DNA of 64,000 nucleotides, taken from NCBI RefSeq assembly GCF_009914755.1, contig NC_060935.1; one strand, 5' to 3'. This stretch comes from the human T2T-CHM13v2.0 reference genome, Homo sapiens. The first letter of the stretch is position 1; each line of letters starts with the position of its first letter. Made by a program: the position numbers and the translations under genes. Below are positions 29,321-43,147 of this stretch, in pieces. The notes beneath the pieces were generated by a model. That model was given only the letters and a program-made list of their open reading frames with translations. It was not told the DNA's origin and did no database searches.

Positions 29321-29983
29321 CCTTAATAGAACTTGGACAGTGTCTCTAGTACTGCCTGATCTAAACACACTTCTTTTTCCCAGAATAAAGAGAGCTAGGG
29401 AGTTAGAGAGTTAGGTGCATCTTGCTGCGTCTTTGCCTGTACATTCCCACCATGACCTTGCTTTACGTTTATATCCCATAGAACTGGAAATGCTTGTGTC
29501 CATGTTGCTCTGTATAATACCCCCCTTACTCATCCAGTTTTTAGATCAGAAAAGCTGGAGTTGAGGAGTTAAATAATTTACCCAAAGAATGTAGGACATG
29601 GAACCAGGATTAATCCCAGGACTGTCTGACGCTAAAGTCCATGCTTTGAACTATTACAGGAGAATGTGCCTTCAATTTGTTCCTTTTCTATTATTCACTT
29701 TTATATCTTCCTAGAATTCACCTTCACAGGGGTTAAAACAGTTTGAAAACTGACCACCTGCAATGCCAGTAATTCAGCTACAAGGCACTTTTACCTATCA
29801 ACATATTTATGTGCTTAAAAGCTGATTAGCTGAGATAACTCTGAAGTTGAAACTCAAATTCCTTCAAGTTCTCACATTCACTGCTTTCCCTTTCCAGTGC
29901 ATCTTTGCAGCCGGTTTAAATGGGCAAAACCAGGAATCCCTTTGAGTCCATACACATTTTTAGAAGCTCAAACATCAGCTCAC

Positions 29984-30111
29984 CTGCTCTGTCCCACTGT
30001 CATGCTGAACTCCGCACCAGCATAGTGTTTTGTACTTCTTAGACCAAAAGCAAAATAAATTACAAACTGGTCTAATTAACAGTGGTTGAATATCCTCACC
30101 TCTTTGGCGAC
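29984..30111 (-). CDS. SLC5A12: SMCT2 coding exon (probably exon 14)
   Basis: ttgttaatag|GT ... CAG|gtgagc. 128 nt, phase 1-0. (G)RQRGEDIQPLLIRPVCNLFCFWSKKYKTLCWCGVQHDSGTEQ. Confidence 0.95.
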
Positions 30112-30905
30112 CTATTAACAAAAGAACAAATAGATTAGATGGTTGCAGGCCTCCATGTCTTCCTTTACAGATTTAAACATTGTCAACTTGAAAAGTAGGT
30201 TGCTTTTTAGAATAAGAGTGAAAACAAGATTGAGTGGTTAATAAACAGAAATTGGTTAACTGCTGAAAGGGGTGGGAGTTCGTTTTTAAACATCAACAAA
30301 TTGTCAGGTCAGGTAGACTCATGACTGTAGAGTTAAACAGAGACAACCTATTTATTTTTAAATATCTATTATAGAAAATGCTACTAGTAACCTTCTTTGG
30401 CCAACAGAGGGGATAGCAGTAATTATGCAATTTCTTCCTTTAAAAAAGCTCTTGACTTTTTATCCAAACCAGATATATTAATATTTGAGATCATCTAAGT
30501 CAGTATTTGTAAAATTAGAAAGAGTATTTTTATTGTTCCTTCTTTTCTTTCACCCTAACATCCTGAACAAGCAATACCCTCATGTTCCTCCCAGGTACTT
30601 TAAGCATTCCTCACACCTCCTCATGCCTCACACCCTCCTTTTCCCTTCCTTGAAACATACCTGTTCAATGTCCTATTTCTTCAAATCCTGCTGTGGAACA
30701 AGAGTCAAATTGATATTCAAACCAAGATGTAAAGGCCAATGATTTTGCTCCTCCCAGAACTTATGCAAATTTTAAGTCATAAAGACTATTCACTAATACC
30801 CAATATCATTCAAGGATAGTTATTAGTCCCATAGTCAGTGTAGTGTAAAGATCCCTAGAGGGAGGAGTGGAGTAGTGGTTACACTGTTGATCAAATTTCT
30901 TTTAA

Positions 30906-31319
<414 letters not shown>

Positions 31320-32518
31320 TGAGGCTTAAGCAATCTATTCCCTGGCATTTACATCACTATGTCAAAAGACATTTGGCCACATAGGATTCTACTACTGTTG
31401 ATAATAATATTTATCAATTAGTCAGTGTATTCTACATACTGAACACATTTTACATAGATTATCACTAATCCCTATAAATAGGTAAGTATTGTTATTCTCA
31501 TTTCATGGATGAGGAAATGGTGAACTTTTCTAGAAGCTAATAAATGATGAAGTATACATTTAGTTAAACATATGTGATCTCACACTCTGTAACGCTCCAT
31601 TTGCCTTAATGTGTGCGTATGTGTGAGTGGCAGAGGAGGAGTTGCAAAACCTCAAACTTCTATCCAAGGGCATCTCTGAATCAGAATAATTTAATTTGGG
31701 ACAAAGCCATTTCCAGGGTTTCAAACAGAGAAGAGTTTTGTCTCTGAATGAACCACAAAATCATCAAACACTCCAACAAATGATGTAGATCTATTGTCTC
31801 TTAAGAGCAGGTCCTGAGATTTGCTAAGAAGGACAGGACTCTGCTTCATATGGATTTAGATTCTGTTTTCTTCTAGAAAAAGACAGTATTCCCTTTGGGA
31901 GATAGCAGATGGTAAAGCAAAGTATAGGGCTATAATTCTCACAGGTAGGAAAGTTAAAAATGAAAATGAAACTCAAATTCTCAAACCAGAAGCTCTGTGT
32001 TTGCCTTCAATCGTGGATTTATCATCTCTTTCATGAGCAAGACCTTGGGGATTGAGCAGCAGTGGACTGCTGAGAAAATTGGTTGAAACCAAGTTCGTCA
32101 AGAGACTACAGGACTGTAGACATACTAGGTGAGAAAAGAGAAGGTCAAAGGGGATGAGATCATATCCTGTAGACAAGTAGGTTTATCCTAAGGAAAAGAA
32201 AGTTCATGCTTATAGAGGAAATGTCTCTAGATGTATAGTAACCTGGGGTGGTTTTGAGGAAAGTTCCCCTTCCTCTGAGCAGAACCAACTCTATGCCAAG
32301 GTACTGACTCCATGAGCAGAATGCAACCTAGAATCCATTCCTCACATGGTCCCTCTACTGGGCACAAGCCCCAAAACTCTCAGCAGAAGTCCTGAGTATA
32401 AGACATAGGCTTAAGTTGGAAGTTAGGAAAGTCAGATTAGGAGTGGAAAGGGCATAAAATTTCAGAAACCTAGGAATAAAGAGATGGTCTATAAACTTGC
32501 AACAGAAAGAATGGCATG

Positions 32519-32604
32519 AGTGTGTGTGTATCTATCTGTGTGTGTGTGTGCATGTATCTGTGTGTGTGTGTGTGTGTGTATGTACCTCTGTCTGTGTGTG
32601 TGTG
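32519..32604. repeat. Imperfect (TG)n
   Basis: Read directly from the sequence. Confidence 0.93.
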
Positions 32605-32804
32605 ACAAAGAGGAGAGAGAGACTGAAATAAGGTAGATTACACACAAGAATCAGAAATTAGAATGGTATCAGATTTCACCACAGCAAACTGAAAGCTAGA
32701 ATATTTTTGATCTGTCTCTCATCGTTATACAGAGCTGCACAATTCCTGACAATTTATAAACTAGTCCAGTAAATTTCTCTGATGAGATTAATTATCTAAT
32801 ACAA

Positions 32805-33010
32805 AGATTACTTTTTTATGTTAAGAGATAGATTGTAAATATTTTAGGCATTGCTAACCAGAGGATCTTTGTTGCCACTACTCAACTCTGCCTTTGTAGA
32901 GTGAAATCAACCATAGTTAAAAGCAAATAAATGGGCAAGCTCTGTTTCTAGAAAACAAAACAAAAAAAAAAAAAAGAAAACAGGTAGTAGGCCAGATTTA
33001 ACCTTAGTAC
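32805..33010. mobile_element. MER58A-like hAT MITE
   Basis: gtaaatattttaggc..ctactcaactctgcc..aaaacaggtagtaggccagattt. Confidence 0.75.
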
Positions 33011-34848
33011 GGAAACATAATCTAAAATATAAAATAATAGATTGATAACTAAAGATTTTATATCTGAGACATGCAGCTTTATGGTAAATGAGAAAAATAT
33101 AGTAAGATTCAGATAAATATAAACTACTGTACACTGAAAAACAGAGTAGCATCAATCTCTATATACTGTCCTGATAATGGGATGTTTTGGCCACTTGATA
33201 CACCAACAATGGTATTTGTTCTTGATTTAGGAAATGATATTTTCATTTCACATATCTAAAATGGAAAAATTAAAAAATAACTTTCAGCCATCCAGCAGAA
33301 TTTTATCAGTAATAATTAAGAATTTAAAGTGTATCTTAGGCCAAGATCTTTCAGCAGCTGATGCACAAAATGATTAATGATATAAACTTCCTGGAGTTGC
33401 TAATCAACACAGACATGATTCTATGTGTCAACATGTATGAGTAACATAAACAGCATATCTTCGAGGTGCCGTATTTTATCTGGAAGAAGTATAATTGAAG
33501 ACATCACCTATTAAGACCAAACAAGACCAAGATAAAATATGACACAAGGAGAACAGGCCCACAAAAGGCCTCTGTCCTTCCTTACTGACCCTATTCTACA
33601 TTTAAACATTGTAAGACTTTTTAAAAGATTCAGTGGGTATTACAGAAGATTTGTTAAAGCCTCTTAGTGAGCAGACCTGAGGGTATCAGGCTAGCCCTAA
33701 GGCCTCATTTGGAAGACAGGGACCAGGAGGCAAGAACATCTGGTGGTCATGTTCAAAAATTTTTCCAAATGTTTGAAGGCATAATTAGACTTTGTTAGAG
33801 TGTTCGCTTTTGGCCTGAAGGGCATTTGACTAAGACCTGGCTTATTTGGAGAAAAAGAAAACAAAGGGATTAATACTGGAAGAGTTATTCATGCTGAAAA
33901 TGTGTAAGAATTTTCAATCAAATTTAATATAAGTGCTGCTGTATCAACATAAGAGCATGCTAATTCTGGTGCACACATGGAAAATATGGACTGGCAAACT
34001 ACTGGATTTCATGTGTACACATTTCCTGATTTAGAAGGAAATGTTCAGGCAGCTGAAATCTTGGTTGTCTTCTTAGTGGTGACCGATCACTAAACTGAAA
34101 TGTCTAGGTATATCCCACTAGCATCAAGGAAGGAGTTACAGATGTCAGGGTACTAAGGCAAAATCTAAACAAAATGAATAAACAATCTTTTGCCTGAAAC
34201 CATTTACATAAAGACATTGAGAGAGTTGTTATTATGTGAAAGACTGGGGTTACAAGATTTATAGTCTATTCTTTATCATAGCCAAGATCTTCTTAAATTT
34301 CAGTGAATGGCTAGTGACATCATGCACAGAACAATAGGGCATTGGAGCTTCAATATAACATCTCTAGTACACAGTCACCAGAAATGTTGCCATTCAGGTT
34401 TTGTGTTGAGTCAGAATGTTGGCCATTGTTCATTGGTATATAATAGTCATGGAAAAATAGAATACCTTAAAATTTTTTAGCTAAAATACATACTCCAAGG
34501 AGGTGGAGGGACAAGAGTACAGTGAACTTATTCCACCCCATTATCTCCCACACTCTCACCACTACCAACCCCTCATGGGCTTTGAAACAAAAAGGACATT
34601 AATACATCAAAAGGGCAAGTATGGATGGTAGACACTTTGCTAAAAATGGCTTACAGTGAAGCTGCTCACTGCAGAGAACTCCACGACCCTAGAGAAGCAG
34701 CCTCCAAAGGACAACATAGGCAAAAACAACAGTGTTTTGCTTTTCTAGTAAGTTAGCAAAGGCTGACTTCATGAGATAGTAAGATGGTGATGACAAAAAT
34801 CTTGTCTCTTACTGGGATGAAGGGAAAAGAACCACTCTGAATATTTAA

Positions 34849-35169
<321 letters not shown>

Positions 35170-35308
35170 TGAGAGAGTAGACATCTCTGTGGGAAGAAGG
35201 GTTTTTGTGGGAAACGTGAATTCAAAGCAATAAGACAGACAGCCAGTCCACCAATGCATGCATGAGCCCATATCTTCTTTAGTCCCAAAGGGAGGAATTA
35301 TAACCAAC

Positions 35309-35412
35309 CTGTTATGAGGCTGATGATTACTCCAGCAACAATGCATCCTAAGCAGCCCACTGCACTGTAGTAAAGGTAGGAGATCGAGTACCAGGTATCA
35401 GCTATTCCAGGT
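35309..35412 (-). CDS. SLC5A12: SMCT2 coding exon (probably exon 13)
   Basis: gttctccacag|A ... ACAG|gttggt. 104 nt, phase 2-1. (R)PGIADTWYSISYLYYSAVGCLGCIVAGVIISLIT(G), the last TM helix of the NIS/SMCT subfamily (WYSISYLYY). Confidence 0.96.
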
Positions 35413-36880
35413 CTGTGGAGAACAGCACATGTCACCAATTCCATGCATCCTAAAGACCCACAGTGATGTAGAGGACTGCTCAGGATTCATTTTAGGGCCT
35501 GGCATCTCAAAAGCCTAAATCATAACTTTTTGTCATTTAAAAAATTATATTTAGAGAAGATGTGCTTTGTATTCCACTCAATTCAATTCATTCCTGAATT
35601 ACAAATATAACGATGTTGATACTGAATCATAAGTATTACAATGAGGATTGTGTCTTAATACAAATAATACAATTTCATTTGTATTATTTATTCTTCAGAC
35701 ATTTATTAAGCCCAGATTTAGTGCTAGTAATTGTGACAAGCATTAGTGATATAAAGATGAGAAAGTCACAAAGTCTACATACAGGAGCTAATAGACAATC
35801 ATAAAATGGGTTGGTTTTGCCTCAGTAGAAAAGGTATAAAAGACTATGGCAGCCTTCAGAGTAGTATCAAATTCAGACCAATGCGTGAGATGATACCTCA
35901 GCTCATTTTGAAAGAATAATTAGTAGTTAATCAAGCAAAGAGGGTAGTCAGGGCCAGGAATTAGCATTCTAAGAAGAGAATACAGTAAGTATAGGCAGGA
36001 GGGAAGAATCAACATGGTTTATGGGGAACCATGAATAGGTTGAAATTCTTTGATATAAAATTTATGGAAAGAAAATGAAACTCAAAGACAAATGGAAGCA
36101 AAATAATGGAGTGCCCATTTGGAACCTGAGTCAAAATGAACTTCATGGAGGAATAGGAGACACTAGTATGGCTCTTGAAAGATAAACAGATTTTAGGAGA
36201 GTGGAAATGAACACTAAAATACATTCATGTAAAGGGAATAGCTTAAGGACCCAAATGTAGGAAAGAGTGGGATAAGCATAGGTAGACGAGAAGAAACAGA
36301 ATTCAGAGTAGAAGGAAAACAATAGTTAATAACATTAAAACCACAGGAAAGTTTTAAGTTTGGCAGGTATTTAGCTCCAGGATAAAAAGGTTGTGTTTTA
36401 TTCCATAAGCACATGAATCATTTAAGTCATCTCCATGTGGTAGTAATGAGTTCAGAAAGGTGCTTCAGAAAAAATAAATCTAGTGATGCTTGGATAGAAT
36501 GGGTTGTATTAGAAAGGAAAAGAGATAGAAAAATGGAGGAAATAAAAAATACAAATAAGATAATTTCACTTTTCTGGACTTTGTAAAGACAAGACTAGCC
36601 TCAAGATTGACAAGGACAATGGAGAGGAGAAGATATGCCGGACCGAGAGAGACTTTCATGAATGCAATTTGCCACATTATCTGGCCAGTTTGAGAAGCCT
36701 GGACTCAGAGGGAATGAGCCAGTATGGGGAGATATTGATGATAATCAGAAAAGGGCTACTAAAAATGAAGTACTTTTGAGGATACACAAATAACACAAAT
36801 CCTATATTTTCTAGACTTGCTCTTACATACAATTAGAATGTGAGAGTGAACATTTATTAAAGTCACATGTAGTGCTACTT

Positions 36881-37007
36881 TATATATATGTATATATATT
36901 CATATATATATGTATATATATTCATATATATATGTATATATATTCATATATATATGTATATATATTCATATATATATGTATATATATTCATATATATATA
37001 TATATAT
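36881..37007. repeat. 22-bp minisatellite x5 followed by (TA)n
   Basis: Five exact copies of TATATATATGTATATATATTCA (36881-36990). Confidence 0.97.
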
Positions 37008-37651
37008 TTCCTCATTTTTCCATCAAGGGCTCTGAGAATTCAAGAAGTTACAACTTACTAACTTGTCCAAAGATACAGAGGGAATAAATTATAAAACCAA
37101 AATCCAAACCCAAATATTTCAGATTTCAAAGTCCACAATCGTCTCTCTACACCATAGTATCTGATGTATTTTGATATATTTGATCACTTACCCCAGCCAG
37201 AAGTACAAAGGGAAATCCTTTGTTAAACCCTGTGTTCATATTGTTTGGTTTAGAAGCCATAGGTTCACAGCAGTGCTCCTAACTCAGCTTGCCCATAAGC
37301 ATTATCCTCATTGCTCACAAACTTCTTCTACTGAGTTTTATTCTTTGAGGAAACCATGTTCCTCATACCCAGTCACCTGTCTTTGAACCCTCCACTATTT
37401 TTTCTCTTTTGTACTCATATCTCGCATTAACTCTTTCACCAAATTGGTTTTTGTATGTCTGAATACAGAGGAATGGACATCTGCAGAAAGCTGCAGCCCT
37501 GCGTGGCACTCTTCAGTGCTGGGTACTTCCCAGAGTGAGTCTCATAAGAGAACAAGATATGTCTCATCACACTTATCTCTGAAGAGTGCACCTCCCTCTT
37601 ACCAGGTGACCCACTCTCTGGGACTTAGCACCATCTATAAAGTCAGCATAC

Positions 37652-37818
37652 CTGCTGGATAGTACTGGAGGCCCTGTTGCTGTCACATTTGATTTGATAC
37701 ATTGGTCTGTTGATAGAGGCAAAGGCCATGTCTTAGAGGCTGGTGCAGGGTAAATGAAGGCCCCAATGGCCACCCAAAATGACAAGGTGATTCCAGTAAG
37801 AAGACCTCCTAGTGCACC
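37652..37818 (-). CDS. SLC5A12: SMCT2 coding exon (probably exon 12)
   Basis: ttcttcttcatccag|GGT ... AG|gtatgc. 167 nt, phase 0-2. GALGGLLTGITLSFWVAIGAFIYPAPASKTWPLPLSTDQCIKSNVTATGPPVLSS. Confidence 0.96.
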
Positions 37819-38617
37819 CTGGATGAAGAAGAAAAAGGTTAATGGGAAATTTGGCAAAGCTGTCTATGGAAAGAATAATGAGATGAGGAGTTCTATGCCT
37901 TAGAGATTCTGGCTTTCCATCCCAAATCTTGGCCACATATTTCAGAAACACTCTGCTCAAACTGCCTTCACCTCAACTCCCATAATGCAGGTTTATTAAG
38001 GAGTGACTTGTTCTTTAAATGAAGACATCAGATAATTTCATGGTGATCATTATATTTAGATTTCTAGCAATAATTATTTTTCTCCTTAGGGTTTCTTTCT
38101 CTTACTACTTAAAAAGCTGCTGAAACCTCAATTCTCATTAGAAGACTTTCAGAAGTTAAGGAAAACTTCAAATACTAGGTCATTTTTAGTTATTGACAGC
38201 TTTTATACAGAAATTATTACTCCTATCTCTCTTCCTAAGTAACCAGCAGAGTCCCCTGACTCCCTAGTTCTGAGTTTTTTTGTTTGAGTATGAATACTAG
38301 CAAGTGCATTTAATGGTCTTGTCATTTAAGGTTTATATTTCTTGATAAATAGTGAAAAGTCAAAGAATCACTTTTCTTGTAGAGGAGGCAGAACAATCTA
38401 GCAGAGATTAGGACCACTAGAGAATATAATCTGATGTTTCTGGTCACTGCTAGGAAACTGAGCCTTCTGAGTCAGAGAAAAGAAACCTGTTGGCTTCTCT
38501 AGTTAATCAGAAAAAAATAGAAGAGGCCTTGGTAAGAGTTCCAGAATACTTTCTCCATTATTGTTTGAAGAAATTTAATCAGTGTGTGTGATTTGAATAC
38601 TTGTGCCTTGGTCTAAA

Positions 38618-38957
38618 CAAGTGATCTGAAAATTTCTAATACAACAGTCAGACAATAAATATTTTAGGCTTTGTAAGCCATGCAGTATCTGTCACAACAA
38701 CTCAGTTCTCTTATGGCATGTAAGCAACTATAGACAATACCCAAGCAGAAGAGCCTGGCTGTGTTTTTAGTAAAATTTTATTTATGGGCACTGAAATTGG
38801 AATTTTATGTAATATTTTTGTGCCAGAAAATATTATTCTTCTTTTGACTTTTTTCCCAACCATTTAAAAAATGTCAAAACCATTTCTAGCTTGAAGCCAT
38901 ACCAAACACAGGGGGCCAGCTAGATTTGGCTTGAGGCATATCGTTTGCTGACCCCTG
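38618..38957. mobile_element. MER58B-like hAT MITE
   Basis: aataaatattttaggctttgt..tttatttatgggcactgaaattggaatttt..caaccatttaaaaaatgt..gtttgctgacccctg terminus. Confidence 0.85.
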
Positions 38958-39172
38958 GCCTACCAGTAAGTGGAAAATGGATTTCAACTGGAGGGTTAAC
39001 CCTGGTTGATCTATAATGGCTAGCTGGAGAGCCATGTTGAGACAGATTCTGAAGGTGTAGCCACATTCTATGGGAAGGAGAGCCATGATTGGTTAGTAGG
39101 ATCAGCTATGGCCATTGATGAGGGGAGAGGTGACACAAATTTATAATATTTACTATACTTTATTAAATATCT

Positions 39173-39257
39173 AGGCAAAGGCCATGTCTTAGAGGCTGGT
39201 GCAGGGTAAATGAGGGCCCCAATGGCTGCCCAAAATGACAAGGTGATTTCATTAAGA
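39173..39257 (-). pseudogene. Intronic partial duplicate of SLC5A12 exon 12 (pseudo-exon fragment)
   Basis: Aligns without gaps to 37717-37801 at 80/85 identity, same orientation. The exon's native splice sites were not copied. Confidence 0.93.
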
Positions 39258-40353
39258 GAAATCAAGGTGGTTTTCCTGACCAAATAGAAAAAACTACAAT
39301 GTACTAACATAGATAATAAATCAATGTTAACAGTGCACTAAAATCTTATGTAGTTAGCTCATATTTTTTGTGGCTAGGATATTGTCTTCCCTCACATTAT
39401 CTCCCCAAAGACATAATATTCTTGTCAACCCCAATATCAGACAAGTGATTAAGACTGCTTGGGAAGTGCTGCAAAGACCCGAATGCTCGCTACCCATCAA
39501 TCTCCTTTACTTAGCCCCACAGGATTTATCTAAGAGAAAGGTCAATAAGGGTCAGGTAGCCACAGAGACCTAATCAAGTATACTATCTGACACAGACTTT
39601 ATGGAATATCCTATAGTATATACATTAATAAGTGTAAAGTCAAGCTTTCTGGAATCAAAAGACTTTCTCAAAATACATGCATGTAAGTGTGCACATGGCA
39701 ATAATTGAAAGATGGCAATTTTGTTAGACTGAGAAAATCCTGCTATTATAAATGTTTTAAAAATATTGTTATGTTATTTTTCCAAATAATTATTCATCTT
39801 GATTTAAACTCAATACATAGTTATCCAACCAACATTTACTTGAAGACATACTATTAGCTTGTCAGAGCAGCAAAATGAAGATCCAGCTGTCAGAACCCAA
39901 GTTTGTCCCTTCTCCCCTACATAAATTAGTTAATTAATTTAATAAAGTTAGTTATAAATCTAGGTAACTATACACAGAAAACAATGAGATTTACATTTGT
40001 AAATACGAATTTTCAAAATTGTGTTTCAACAAAACTATTCTTGAATTCAATATCTATTTTACAGTTAATGTTGTGGGCCTTTAATTTAGAGAAGACTTAA
40101 TTTAACCTTAAAGAGTCAGCTTTGATGTCAGGATATGTGGCAGTTCATAACTACCTCTGCTCTTCTTTCATTTGTGTACCCAGAAAGATGTCACTGAAGT
40201 CAGAGACAGGTAGACTCAAGCTCTGTTTAATTCTGCTGTGGATTCTTTTCCTGGCTAAGACAGATAGCTTTTCTAAACAGGGCTGAGAGGAGAGAGAAAA
40301 CGGCTGGGCCCAGTTTTGACTGGGAATTGTGAAGAGGGCTGTGGGATCCTTAC

Positions 40354-40440
40354 CTTCCAGTTCACAAAAGGGAACACGATTCCCAGGGAGAATAAGCCCA
40401 GCATTGGTCCTCCACACATGCCGTGAATGCTGAGGGAAGC
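40354..40440 (-). CDS. SLC5A12: SMCT2 coding exon (probably exon 11)
   Basis: ttgttccacag|GCT ... AAG|gtaagg. 87 nt, phase 0-0. [29 protein letters not shown] (SSS-family GP.LG.F.LG motif). Confidence 0.97.
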
Positions 40441-40621
40441 CTGTGGAACAAAGGCAGACCAGATGAATCCCCTACTCAAGGGCATCTGTGACTTCCTGGC
40501 ATCATACCTCTCTTGGACCTGGGATAATATTGGGTCCTAGTCCTGACTGTGCCATTTGTTAATTATGTGCTTTCTATAAGTCATTTCTCAATTCTGGGAT
40601 GAATGATAAGCACTGTATTTA

Positions 40622-40625
<4 letters not shown>

Positions 40626-40652
<27 letters not shown>
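40626..40652. repeat. (TG)13
   Basis: Read directly from the sequence. Confidence 0.95.
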
Positions 40653-41917
40653 TTGTATAGTAGAAAGGCAGGTAACCTGAATTTAGTTTGAAGTTCAAGT
40701 TGAAACTCATTGAACTTCAGAGTCTTCTTTCTCTATAAAAAATATAAGGTCATAGAACCAAGGGGACTTCAAATCACCTCTAGCTGTAATGCAAGTTCTT
40801 TTTTCCAGAAAGATGGGTTACAATGCATGATTGTTTTTTCCAGATTAATTTCAAAGAAGTCAATGCCTCAGATATATTCTTGACAAAATGGAGGCAGATG
40901 AGGGTAAAGCCTTCCTTCTTACCCAGCATCAATACTTAAGTTAATATTCTTGGCATTTCCTCTGCTGACGATAGCATTAATTCACAGTTTCTAGGGTTGC
41001 TGAATTTGAAAGCTAATTTACTAGTGATTACATAGGAGAGTCAATAAGTTAGTAAAGGTAATTTTATCTTCCCTGTGGGAAAAATATTTGACAATCTCTT
41101 ACAAAAGTCACTAGCCATCATGCCTCTCCTAGGAAAGGAGAGGTCAGGGTTTTCATTTCTTGCCTATCAACATCTCTTAAACTGCGTGGCACACATCTTA
41201 ATCAATCAAGAAGGTGGGCCCAGGATACTCATCTGAACTAAGGCAGGCAGATGAGGGCATCACTCACGACTTCCTCCTCACTACAAGAATTGTTTTCCAC
41301 CAGTCTTTGGAGGAGTCCTTGCCTATCTGGAGCCCCTCATACTTCAATTGCAGAGGAGCTCACAATGGAAATATCTCTGGAAGAAAACAATTTAGTGACT
41401 CAAATCACCAGTTGGACATGATGATACTTTCTTAAGAGTAAATATTATTGTGGCGCACAAGACATCAGAAGCAACTTGGAAATATAGGTTCCATGAATAG
41501 GAAAATAAACCTAAAATAAGTGCCTGAGATCACTAAAGACAAACCTCACCACCTTGCCACTTCTGCTGTGTAGATGGGTATATATCAGAGTGCTTCAAAC
41601 ATTATGAAGGGATTACAAAGCATCTGTGATGAAACAGTAGTTAATGGCCTATTAGAAAGGACATCATGTCCCACAAGTTCTTTTATGTAGACAGGTGAAT
41701 TATTCCATCACTTAGCTCTCCTAGATTAGTTCCCTGAATCTTAAAATGGAAGTAATGGAACATATCTAAGTAGTCATTGGAAGGATCAAGTAAGTTACAC
41801 TGTTCTGGGAACTGGAAGGCCTTCTATAAACATTAATGATTACTATTCACTTACTGTGACTCATATCTTCATTTGAAAAACATTTATTGAAAACTTATGC
41901 CATGATAAGAAACTCTA

Positions 41918-42725
<808 letters not shown>

Positions 42726-43079
42726 GTTTTACTATTTTTATCACTACTTTCATATCAGGATAATAAATTCTCAGATCGGAATTTTTAAGAGTTTCTAATT
42801 TTATCTCACTATCCCATTACTAGTTTTAATCGTTTCTCCTTCTGAAAGTGATTTAATAGTTTCCCCTTCGGAAAGTGATTTCTCTTTCTGAAAAGATAAG
42901 TTCTTCTTTTTTTGTGCTGACTAGAGAATTGATTTTACATGCATTTTACATTTATTTTTAATTTGGAGCTGGTATCATTAAATGTCAGCCTTTGGATCTT
43001 GGAGGAAGAAGCAAGACATTAAAAGAGAGTGGGGGGAAGTTCCAGTGAAACCAAATGTGTCTTTTCCTTCTTTCGTTAC

Positions 43080-43147
43080 CTGCACAACACCTCCCATGAC
43101 AGATGCAGCCACAGCCATAGAGGTACACATCACGCCAAATAAGAGAC
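43080..43147 (-). CDS. SLC5A12: SMCT2 coding exon (probably exon 10)
   Basis: ttctttctttcag|GT ... CAG|gtaacg. 68 nt, phase 1-0. (C)LLFGVMCTSMAVAASVMGGVVQ. Confidence 0.95.

Noticed and set aside
39068-39310. 80-aa ORF as an in-frame mutually exclusive alternative to exon 12
   Set aside because: The nearby acceptor is phase 2 relative to the homologous frame while exon 11 ends in phase 0, and no good donor follows the copy.
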